NCBI GenBank assembly: GCA_036172245.1
Contig: JAYWIR010000010.1
Coordinates: 558,001-622,000 of the forward strand
From: Raillietiella orientalis
Taxonomy: Eukaryota
Reading direction: 5' to 3'
Length of the DNA stretch: 64,000 bases
Part shown: positions 37,501 through 48,480 of the stretch, piece by piece
Position numbering within the stretch: the stretch's first letter is position 1
Layout of the letters: each line of letters opens with the position of its first letter
Position numbers and translations under genes: made by a program
The notes under the pieces: generated by a model
Seen by the model: only the letters and a program-made list of their open reading frames with translations
The model's database searches: none
Told to the model about the DNA's origin: nothing

Positions 37501-37999
37501 CACACGGTGACCTCTTCGGGCTGGCAAGAGGAGCGGCTTCGAGCATTCGGCATCTCCCTTTGCCTTGCCGCGTTCCCCTCCCACAAAGGGTAGGCGAGAT
37601 CGAACGGGGTGGGTCTGGACTTGGATCACTGAATCAGGGAGAGGGGGAGCGAGACATCCCTCTGTCCCCCGGGGCTGCCTGGGTTGAGCACCCCAGCCGC
37701 CGTTTTCTCCGCAGAACCCCTTTACTAGGCTGACCGGACGGTCGTGCCTTCTGGGGGATGAAGCTCCGCACGGAGAGGGTAGGTGGGCGTCGAGGACCCT
37801 TTCCGTGCTGCTTTCGCTCCAGTCGGGGAGCCGCAGGCGATCCCCGACATGCAAACAGCGGTGTCTGGGGACGCGACTTCGTCCAATGCTGGACGCGGCT
37901 TTTCCCCAGACCCCGGTTCTCCTCGGCTGATGAACGCCTGCGTCGGAAAGTGTGCTCTCCGAGGGCAAATTCACCCCTCGCGCGCCCACCAAAACTGAA

Positions 38000-38720
38000 C
38001 TCCCACGATCGTTGTTTTGGGGGTTCAGGTGCCTGGCCTGCTGATGTCTTCCTGGACGCTTAGCTGCCCTCTATCCGAACGCTCCGTGCGCCACTTCCCG
38101 GTTCGGTCGTCTCTTGGGATGTGGCGCCGTGAGCGAATGCTCCTAGAGCGCAATGGGGGGCAGTCCCAGAGAGCTCCACGACAACTGGATCCCTCGGTCA
38201 GGGAGGGCACCCGGTTTCCGGGGGAGTCGTCTCCCCCGTAAGATGCGAAGCGGTGGAATCGCTCCCGCACCTGCTTTTCGACTGCGAAGCCCTCCAAGGG
38301 CCGTGGCGGAAGCTGCCTTCAGAGCTCTTACACCAGGGGGGCACCGCCATTGGACGCCATGCGGCGATTCTTCACGCGAGGCGGTCTCTCGCTAAGCGGA
38401 GGCATCGCCACGATAAGTTGCATCCGCGCCATCGTCATTGTCTACCACGTGTTGGAGACGCAAGCAGCACGCAAAAAAGGCCACCCGGATTGCAGACGCC
38501 AACAAGAGGACGGCTGCTAGGCGGCCACATCTTGAGGAAGAAGTGAGGAAGGAGATCGTCTGCATTCAGCACGAGTTCCGAAAAGAAGGAATTGCCTAAG
38601 CCAACAATCTCTTCGTATCCCCCTTCCCCTCATCATATCTTTTTTTTGTATTTTCCTAATTATTCATGACCCCCGTTCCGCGCTTTCATGGTGCCTGTCC
38701 TGCGTGTCCGGGAGCTCTTT
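38000..38720 (+). mobile_element. Degenerate LINE 3' fragment with L1/Tx1 Cys/His zinc-knuckle remnant
   Basis: VESLPHLLFDCEALQGPWRKL fits the ExxxHLLxxC...W motif of the L1/Tx1 ORF2 C-terminus; RTAARRPHLEE; T/C-rich tail. Confidence 0.75.
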
Positions 38721-41700
38721 CCTTGAGCTTCCTGCACTCTAGTCCGGGAATCTGTTTCCTGGATGGTTTGCCCATATTTCTTGAAGGAACGCCCCGGTGC
38801 GACCGGGTGGCGAACAACGACTGAATCCGGGAGCGTGCGGCAGCTTTGACGAAGGGTCCCGCGAGAGCGCTGGACCACGAGGAAGCGAACCAGACGGCCA
38901 CCACCGGTTGCCGCCGCCACCGCCATTGCCAGGAAATCCTCGGCTCCGCCCACTGGGAATTGATCCCGGGGTCTCTTCGAAGAAAGTCCATCCGTAAAGG
39001 CCGCCTCCCCACCACTCATCCAGCGCCGCTCCGCTCCGGACGCGGAGGCGCTTCGAGCGGTCGAGGAACTTCCGCCCCGCCCTCGTCTCTCCCCTCTTCC
39101 CTGGCGGAAGATCCCTTGGGACCGGAGGCCCGAATTTCCCTTTCCTCGGAAGGAGTCCCTCCACCCCGCTTCGGTCCCGCACTCTTCTCGAATGCGGATC
39201 GATCCTTGGCTGGGATCGCGTGGCAACGGCGGCTTCCCCGTGCGCGCGCTCCCAGCCAAGATGCCGCTGAGGATGGTTCCGCGCACGCGTGCGCTCGACC
39301 ACCGAGGAATCTCTTGCCACACAACCGCACGCCTTTCAGGAGACTCGCTCGTGAGCTGGGATCGCTCCTGCAGGGCTGGAGGAGGCTGGAAACCCGGGAC
39401 CCTTCATGGGGAAAGGGGGGGTGAGGCTGGGAAGGGCAGGTGGCCCTTCGAACGGACGGAACGGAAGGGTGTAGTCTGGTGGTTCCCGGATCGGATCGGG
39501 CGCTGCCACATGGAGCGAACCTCAAAGCGAGGGACTGCTGGCTGGTCCAGATCAGTCTCTCAGCATGGACGCAGCCGGTGCTAGCATGGCAACGGCAGGA
39601 CCGCGTCTTGGGGAGAACGCCCGGCACGCGAAGGTGAGTCCAAGGATGGCGGACGGGGACCGGGGACCAGAAATTCAGACGCGCTCCAGAGGAACGGGGA
39701 GGGAAGGGGGAGGGGGAAGAAGTGAAACGAACGTGGACGGGTCCCATTTGCCGCCGCCGTCATCAGGGATGCCCGTTTGGATCTGCAGCCTCTTTGTATG
39801 GACCTCTCGGCCCGCAGACACCTACGGATCGGGGGAGTCGACAACGGAGGGCCCGGAGGCAAACAAACAGCCCGTAGCACTGCGGGACGTTTCACCGGAG
39901 TTTCCATGTCACTGTGTCGCCAGAGCGCGCGACGAGACGGTGACAGATCCTGGTCGCCCGGGAAACAGCCTTTCGGGCGCTTTCGTTGTCCAGCTCTCCC
40001 GACGAGAGTCCGGAAGGGAAAGCCGGCGACGAAGGCGGGAAGGCGTCCGCCGGGTCACGTCCCCTTGCGCGTGCGGTCAGCTGCCGAAAGGGAGACGGGG
40101 AGGGTCTCTGAGGACGGGGCTGCTTCCGAAGACTCCGAAGAGAGGACACTCGGATACGACGTCCGTGCCCCCCCGCGGCCCCCTTGCCCGAGTTTTCGCC
40201 TTCCGCGCGCGCGCAGCTGGCGGCCGGCGTCGTCCGAGGGCGGTGCTTTCGTCGTCGTTGGCGTGCGTCTTCTTCCGGAGACCTCCCACGCGCTCCCCTC
40301 AGACGGGCACGGGGTCTCCCCTCGCGCGAAACCGGCTGACCCGCTGCGTGTCGGCGGCGACCGGGGAAACGCTGCGAGCGAGCGCCGTAGGCTCGTTTCC
40401 CCGCGCGAGGCGAGCCGACCGCCACCACCACGACGGCGACGGCGACAACAACAGAAGCAGCAGCAGCAGCAACAACAACAAAAGAAGTCCGCGAAAATCC
40501 GAGCGAAGAAGCAGCCCGTGCGAGAGACGGCGTGCCCTTGAATGCCGGGATCCGACATTCCTGCCTTCAAGGTCGAAACCAGGCGGATCGAGCCATAATG
40601 GAATCGGCCGCGTTTCCCCATATCCCGCTCTGGGGTCCTTGAGCGGGCAATTATTCCGCGAAGTGTCCATCTTCGGCGGGGGATGCTCGCGTGCAATAAA
40701 AAGGCAGCTGGGATGTTCGGTTTCGCTCCGCGTGATATCCTTCCTCGCGGAGGCGGAATGCAGGGGGCTGAGCCGGCGTTCCCCTGGAGACGGATCGAGG
40801 ATGTCCCTCCTCACCTTTCCCGGTCGGATACCCGTCTCCCTCTCTCTCTCTCTCTCTCCCTCCCACTGGGGCGGTGGCCCCATCTCCTGGCGCCACCTCC
40901 CCCAAGAGGGACACCGGTGATGAGCACCGGAAAGCAGACTGCGCGAACACTTGGCGCTCCTCCGCCAGGTGCCAGGCGCACTTCCCTCGCTCGCCGCGCG
41001 CGTGCGTTCACGAGTGCCCCCCCCCCCTCCTCCTCTCTCTCCCCTTTACCGCTTGCGTCTCCGTGTTCGTTCTGTCGTCATGCCGAGAGTCGTTCGGTGG
41101 TGTGACGTCACTAGCCGATTCGTGCGCTTCCTCGCCGCTTCGGAACGCGCGCGCTGCGTTCGCGGGACCGCCTCGGTGACTACCCGGAGGGAGAGGAAGC
41201 GGGGAAGGAGGCCATGCAAAGGAAGGGGGGGAGGGGGGTTTTGCTCGGCATCTCCGGCCGCAGGGAGTGTGCAGGGGAGCAGGCAGGCAGCGACGGGGCT
41301 CCCCGATCGGCAGCGAGGGGGACGTCGTGCTGACGGCATCCAGAAGCGTGGGGACCAGGCTCGCTCGTGGGCTTGCGCTGCCTTCGGGATGCGCGGTTGC
41401 AGCCTCTCCTCCGGTCGGTCCTCCCCGCCCGCCTGCCTTTCCGCTCGAAGAAGCAAATGCGGCGGCGCATGCTGCATGCGTGCAGCTGCTGCTGCGCGCA
41501 CCGTGGCGGATTCTCCCGGAGGCGGCGGGGAGGGGGAGGGGCGTCGATTGCCCGCCTTTACCGTCGCGCGGGGAGCGTCCTCCCTGTCCTTTCGCCTTTT
41601 CCCTGGAGCGCTGCGAGTCCGACGAGCCGAGCCGCGAAGGTCTGCGGCGGGCGACGGCCAGCTGCCTCGTGGGCCTTTTTCTGGCCCCGTGCGCTCCCTT

Positions 41701-42888
41701 TGTGATCCTTCCGAACAACGAGCCCCCATGGGTCCCGGAGGCAGGGAGGGGGGGGGGGGACGAATTCCCGCGATCGCTGCTGCCTCTTTTGACCACTTTG
41801 TTCCGTGTCGCGGTGGACAAAGAAGGACGATGGGGAAGAAGGGAAGGCGGAGAGGAGAGGAGGAGCGGGCGTTTCCTTGGGTCGGGTAACCCCCCCGAGC
41901 GACGCGGGTCTCCGGTCCGTAGCCGTGCCGACCGGCTTCGGTTTGGGTGGGCGCGGCAACGGCGCGGCCGACTGCATCGATCGTCGAAGGGCGGAAGGGG
42001 GGAGGGGCGGTCAGGTAACCGCGAATGGCCAGCTGCTGGGGTTCGGCCCAGCTGGGAGATGGGTTGTCTTTGCAGTTCGCGGAGCCGCTTCAGATAGAGG
42101 GGGGAGGCGATTCTCACGACCCCGGGCCTGTGCCCGACCGCGGGACCCCCCCGCCTTGTCGAGCGCGGGGGGAGGAGTAGGCGAGCGAGCGCCTCCGGAC
42201 TGGCGCGCTGCACCGGTGGCGAAAGCCGGACGATGAAAAGGGGGAGGGGAAAGGCAGAGAGGCCCATAAGAAAGTCCCCCGGGCTCGAGTGAGTTCCGAG
42301 CGTGGCCAGGCGCGGGAGCTGCTGCTGCTGCGCGTCGCCGAGGGGGTTCCGACAGGCCGCGGGTTCCCGTCGGTTTCGCCGGCGTGCGCCCACGAGAGGG
42401 CTCCCCGGGAGCGGCCATTTCGACGAGGGGTGGGTGGGCGCGAGCGCCGAGAAGTGGGCGCGTACGAAGGAGAGCGGTCGCCTAGCGACTCGGGGCAGGA
42501 CGGGAGAGCGTGCGCTTCCGCAGGCGGAGGCGAGAGGGCGTGGCGCTGCAGAGGCAGGACCTCACGCTACGTTTCCGTGCGCGTGCGCTGAGGTCGCGGA
42601 TCCCACGCGACGGCGCGGCGGGATGAACTCCCGGTTCCCAGGTCGGGAAAACAAATCCTCCCGCGTTCCGCGATGCCAGCGGAGAGAGACTGCATCTTTA
42701 CCGGAATTATCGGGGATCGCTTGCCGGTCGTTTCGCGGGCGCATCCCGGGCTTCGCGCTGCTGTGATGGATCTTTCATTTCCATGGTCAGAGTCATCTGT
42801 GCGAGGAAAGAACAATTACACGCGTGCTATTTCTATTCCGCTTTGAGTTGGAGTTAGACGAGCTTTGAGGCAAACCGTGTACTTGCAG

Positions 42889-43780
42889 TTGACGACTCGA
42901 AAGAAGAACCAGGAGCTTTAGAAAGATACTCCCTGGCACGCTAGGAGAAGCTGGAGGAGAGACTGGGAGATCTCCTGGCGAAGAAGGAGCTACAGCACTG
43001 GGAACTCCCAAGATTTCATTCGGATGGAACAAACCATGGAGCAAATAGAGCAAGAGTCGAAGAAGGATCTTCAGGAACCCGGACGTTTCCCGCCGCAGCG
43101 CCCGCCATAACCACACCGCCACGACTGCCGCTTTCCCCGACGTGCAGAAACCCGCCTTTCCGCTATCGTCCAGGCTCCCCAATGAGTGCCTTCTTACCCC
43201 TTCCTCCTCCTCCCGCGAACAGGACCGCGTGTTCTTCCCTCTTCCTCCCGCTTCCGAGCTCTCCCGGGAGCCATGCGAACTCCTGGTCCATCAAGGAACC
43301 TCTTCAGCCCAAGTACAAGCTGCACTGAACCATCCTTAAACAGAACGAGATCAGAGGAACAGTCTGTGACGACAAGAAGCTGCACGGAGTCGTCAATTTT
43401 GCCTCCTTCGAGGAGCAGCTCAGGACGTGCGTCGAGACCGTTCCCGACCGAACGCTGGAAGAGATGGAGCAGATGACGGTTCTACACGTCACTTCTCGGC
43501 CTTTTGGCTAAAGTCAAAGTGTAGAAACCGTTCTTTGGCAGCAAGGACTTCAAGAAGACCGAATTGCGTCGTATTGACGGAAGACAACTGCCTCCGCAAC
43601 CTGGCTATAGTCAAGAGGGAACTCGGCCCTGCCCATGCAAGCAGTCAGCAAAGCGACCAGAAACTTAGACCTCGGCGTCCTGCCGCCGGAGCTGGTCGAA
43701 CCGTTGCAGAGGATGGTGCCCACCGAGCAGGAGCACAAGACCCACCTCAATTGCGAGAACAAGAATGGGCAAGAGAGTCG
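42889..43780 (+). pseudogene. Formin-like (FMNL/FRL-type) pseudogene fragment: coiled coil, FH1 remnant and FH2 N-terminus
   Basis: A Pro-rich stretch runs into IKEPLQPKYKLH*TILKQNEIRGTVCDDKKLHGVVNFASFEEQLRT, then LTEDNCLRNLAIVKR and LDLGVLPPELVEPLQRMVPTEQE. TGA at 43326 replaces the conserved FH2 lasso Trp; there are frameshifts and a probable ~52-nt intron at 43489-43540. Confidence 0.8.
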
Positions 43781-46700
43781 ATTCCGAGAGTGCCAACGCG
43801 CGTTCGATTCCATCGAGACCGCGATTCGCAGCTGCGAGCGTTGAAATGTGGTACATATCTGGGAAGATGGAATTCAGGGTTGCCCCCGTTGACAGGGTCA
43901 CCGAGCCACATCGCGACTTTAGCCACTTGTGCCTCGGGAATGCACAAGCAGTCGTGCTTCACAAGTCCAGCTTCCCCACGCGTTCGTAGCCTGTCTGCCG
44001 AGACGAATGAGGAAAAAGTTCGGGTCCTCTTGAGCGGTTTGTGATTGAACCAAGGATGGCTCTTGGCCAGCCCCGCCATCGCCCATCCAGGATCCCTTGC
44101 AGGTTTCGACCAGGATCCGCAATTGGAGATCTTACTCCGTTCCCTCGCATGTTTGGACCTGTTCCAGGTCATCCGAAGCATCCTAGCCACTCGACGGGAA
44201 CTCTACCCAGGAAAACGGAAGAGCAGAAGCAGAGTCTCAGATGTTCTGGACGCAGCAGGAAAGGGAGGGAAGCGAAAGACACTTTCGGAGAGAGATGAGG
44301 AGGTCTGTTCTGTCTCTGGACCGAGAGGTAAAGGACTGATAAGACGCGAAACAGGGAGCGGAGGCAGTGTAGGACTGCCTTCAGATCGTCGAGATGATGC
44401 TCCGCCGAGAAGCGGCGTGGTCGTGGCCACTCTTTCGGAACGATCCGAGAACGGGACCAAGGAAGAAGTCGCGCAACATCCGGACGCGCAGCGAGGCGAA
44501 ACCTCCAGTCACCGCCTCCCGCTCGAACGCCTACGCAATGAATTTGCGGATACCCAAAGCGAAATCCATGGAAAAGCAGATAGTTGAGAATGGCTCCTCA
44601 AACTCTTCCCAGGGCCGGTGGAGGCGCCTGGCCAGCCTGAACAAAGGGAGGAGGAGAAAGGAAGGCGATGCAAGTCAGAATCGCTCCCTGGAGCCCATGG
44701 ACATCGTGTAAACTCGTGATTCGCAGCTTCATCCTGCTGCGGAACAGATTTCCGGTGCTCACGGAAAGCAGAAGACTTTTTTTGTGTGTAATGCGGCCAC
44801 AGTTGCACGCAGGTGTTTTTTCACCTTTGAATTCATGCATGGCGGAAAGAGACGGGAAGACACCGGAGGACTGGACTCACGCTGGCGTAGCACCATTTAT
44901 AAAAGTGGGCGTGTGCAAGCAGCTGGAGCGTGTTGGTAACACGGCAAAGAAAAATTTCTGACAGAATCTCGACCTATAAATTGCAAGGACAGACATCCAC
45001 GCGCATATGTCGGCGAGGCATCAGAATTACCGATGGATGAGCGGTGCAGAAGATGCGGACTGTGTTCCACGAAGAGAGTCGCGGTCTACACCTCAGAACA
45101 GGGCTAAGATGCAAGAAAGGGTGACCAGTGGACTTCCTCCTCGCTTGCACGTTTGCTGACACAATCCAAAGTGACGAAGGTTCTGTGATGTAGTCGAACA
45201 TTTGAATGGCAACAGGAGGAACATGGTTGGCTGCAACCGATGATGACATCGACAGATGAGACATAGAAGTAGGGCATTTGTGTCGCCATGAAACGTCGGA
45301 GTGTGGTTTATAGGAGTTGTGCGGTAAGTGGGTGAACACGTGACAAATTTTCAAGGAGTGGAGACAGCGGGTGCGTCCATCTGGAACAAGACCACGGGTT
45401 CTAAAAGTGAATGCGCTCCTTAGCGAGCACTAGGGAAAAGAAACGTCTTTTCCGGAGGAAACCAACCGCGGCTTCGTCACAACGCGCTGGGCAACAGCGC
45501 TGGTCGTCAGCTGACATGCAGTTTTCAGCTTGCAGATTCCCACAGGAACGCTAGATCGCAAAACCAATACGGGAATCCACCGTTCCACAGAATGCTTGAA
45601 ACAGCCATCGGCTCATTTGTTCGGAGTCTGATGTTTTCAAGACGTTCGCCAGTGGATATCGAGAAAGCGCCAAAGCCAACTTTAAGGATGTGGGATTGGA
45701 GTCGCTCTCAAACTGAAGTCGAAATCTGCGGGTGAGCAAATGAAAGAAGATGGGGATGGAGTGCTCGAGTCCACTTAGTAGGAAGAGTTGGAACTTCTCT
45801 GCCCGTTTCTTGCAGAAGCAGCCGGCCTACCCGAGAGGGAGCGGTGAGCTCAAGCGCTAGAAAGTGAATTCCTGAGCGCAGGTGCGATCCCTAAGAACTA
45901 AAACATTGTGGGTTCGATCCAGATTCTCATCTGTCAGATCTTTTCAAACATGAGAGTTGTTTCTGCATTGGAAACACACACGTGCGCCATGACAGTCTCA
46001 TTAAGCCAACGTCCCCTAATGCAGTTTTCGACGTTCCTTCCTGGTGCAGCTGAAGCCAGAATAGGCTACGCACCTTTCGTTTTCAGTCTTTTATCTTCGG
46101 TGCTGCAGTTTTCGGCGAAGCGACGAACCTGCAGAATGCATCGTGTTCCCGTCGCTTCTGAAAAATTTAATTACTCCGACTTTTCCAGCAGCCCTGAACA
46201 ACTTAGCGAGTTGTGACTCCAGGGGCCAGGTGAATCGGTTTGCTTCTGCTCCAAGAAGTGCCATAGGTCGGCTGGTTTCGTAACAAGATGAGCAGCTGGA
46301 ACTTGCTAGAGATGGAACTGCGAAGCGAGAATGCACAAGACCAGGTTTACAATGTTACGGCGCAACCAAAGTTCGGAAAATCATCCAGAAAATAGGGCCA
46401 TTTGCAAAGCTAAGAGTTCTATTTAGACCTCGGAGGTGCACCGACTTAATGTGAGAACGCGTCTGGTTGCGTTGCATGGGAACTTGCTCGTGAGAAGCGA
46501 TCCACGCGCGGAAGGTTTTCGTTGAAGAATCACATGGCCATCTCGACGGTTTACCTGCATACTTACCTCGTTGCTATAGTTTCGTCGCATGATTCCTTGC
46601 CATAATCATTTCTGTTTCCATACCCGGCCCGAACGACAAGCTTCACGCAGATGCAGATCGCTTTTCAGCGCTGTATTTGTACAAAACAAATGACACCCAT

Positions 46701-46809
46701 CCGAAACGTCGGGAACGCAGCGATTCGCAGTTACCTGCTTTTCTAGAATTCGTTGCAGTTTCTCGTTTACCAGTGATGACGCGGTTTCGAATGACCTCCA
46801 GTGAATCCA

Positions 46810-47520
46810 GGAAGGCTCGGAGTCCGTTCCTCTCACGCTTGGGAGGAACCACGCATCTCCCACCTTGGTTGTCTCCGAAGGGAATCTCCTTCCTCGTTCT
46901 CTCCGGAGGAACACCTCCCTAATGGGGGAGGGTCCTCTATATTTCAACTTCTCCGAAGGGAATCCGGAAAGGATCCGCTAGTAGGAATTTCTTCTCCGGA
47001 GGGAACCCGAAAGGGAACCGCTCCTGTTCACTCCTCTGAAGAGAACCCCGAAGGGACGCTTCCGAAACTCAGAAGGGGCGCTGCAGCTTCCCGCAGGGGG
47101 ATCGCTCTCGCATGCTTCCTTGCACTCTTCTGGAGAGACGACGACTCAGAGGGACCCCCGCAACAGAGGGGGGGTCCGCTCCTTTGAACCACTGGAGAGG
47201 TGCCCGTGAGAGCTGCTGCTCCATCTTGAGACCGGAGGGGTCCCCCGGTGAGGGGGGTCCGCTCTTCGTTGCACGACAGGATGAGGAACTCCCCACTCCT
47301 TGATTCCTGGAAGGACCCGAAGGTCGACTCCCATTGTTCCGGCCTTCATCAGGGGCATCCCGGCTTAATCCACCGCCGGTGCCACGCCCGAACGTCTCGG
47401 CCAACCAGCGCCATCTCGCAGGAGGAACCCAACGACGCAGTGGCGTCAGTTTCTGCCGGAGTATTCGAACCCGCGACGCATGGTACCACACGGGGAAGCC
47501 TTAACCACAAAGACTCCGAC
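46810..47520 (-). mobile_element. tRNA-headed repeat, copy C
   Basis: The minus strand at 47520-47454 reads GTCGGAGTCTTTGTGGTTAAGGC...GCGGGTTCGAATACTCCGGCA (pairing acceptor stem, A-box-like and B-box-like motifs), followed by a body homologous to copies A and B. Confidence 0.75.
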
Positions 47521-47699
47521 GCGGGCCAGTGAATGACCTGGTTTACCGGTGAATCCCACTTTCCCAGGTCTCACTTCTTCTTCGCTGCAAGTTTTTTCAC
47601 CCGGTCACGCCCGGAGGCGTTCATTTAGTCAAAGGTAAACCAGTCGGAGCCACGCTCATTCCCAACCGACGACACAAGTCCAAGGGGTGGGTACATCAA

Positions 47700-48480
47700 C
47701 ACGCAGTTGGGATATCGAAAAGTCCTACAGGAGAGGGGAGGGAGACAACAAAAAAATGAGGAAATCCGGGGAGATGGTGTCGGGGTCTTTGGGTTCATCC
47801 CGTGTACAAAAGGTCAGGAAGGAAAGGGAGTGAGGAATGAAAGAAAAAACGAAAAAGTAAAGAGATAGGGTCAGGAGCCACCGGTGTCCGCCGTTTTTTC
47901 ACTTCAGTCAGCGCTGGATGCCGCCGATTTCCTCCTTGACTTCCTCCAGGTGAGGCCAGCCGGCAGCTGTCCTCAGGTAGGCCGTTGCCATCCCTGTGAC
48001 CTCCCTTCGCTGCGTTGTCGTCTCCAGCACATGGACGAACGTGACGATTGCAGTGCGATGGCTGCAACCACCGCGCCCGTCGACAGACCTCCCGGGGCGG
48101 CGAACCGCCGCAGCAGGTCGCGGATGGGGTGCTCTGGTGCAGGAGCGCTGATGACAGTCTCCGCCACAGCAGCCGGCGGGTGCCGCAGTCGAAAGCAGAT
48201 GCAGAGATGACCCCACCGACCTGCACCAAGAACAGTTTGGGGATGCAACCCCTGCGGAAACGAGAGTGCCGGAGCTCACTGTACTGGAGCCCTCAGTGGC
48301 GGAAGAGCAGTACAGACTGTTTCCAAGAGAGAGAGAACGCAGTAGCGTCCAGACATTGGGCAGGGGCCACAAGTTCTTCGGGGCAACACTCGGAAGCGGA
48401 CTCCACCAAAGGAGTCCCGTCGCCAGAGTACGCGGAATGGAAGCATCCACCAGCTCGCGCGCCTTGCAGCCGCAGAGTTT
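47700..48480 (-). mobile_element. Degenerate LINE 3' fragment (same family)
   Basis: Encodes PNCSWCRSVGSSLHLL/FDCGTRRLLWRRLSSALLHQ and AYLRTAAGWPHLEEVKEEIGGIQR*, then a pyrimidine-rich tail. Confidence 0.75.

Noticed and set aside
39190..39420. Second LINE family zinc-knuckle remnant (LPAKM...HRGI...ARL...DRSC)
   Set aside because: Too degenerate to support as a feature by eye.
47454..47520. Functional tRNA gene
   Set aside because: The T-arm and anticodon stem do not pair properly, and it heads a dispersed repeat; treated as a tRNA-derived head.
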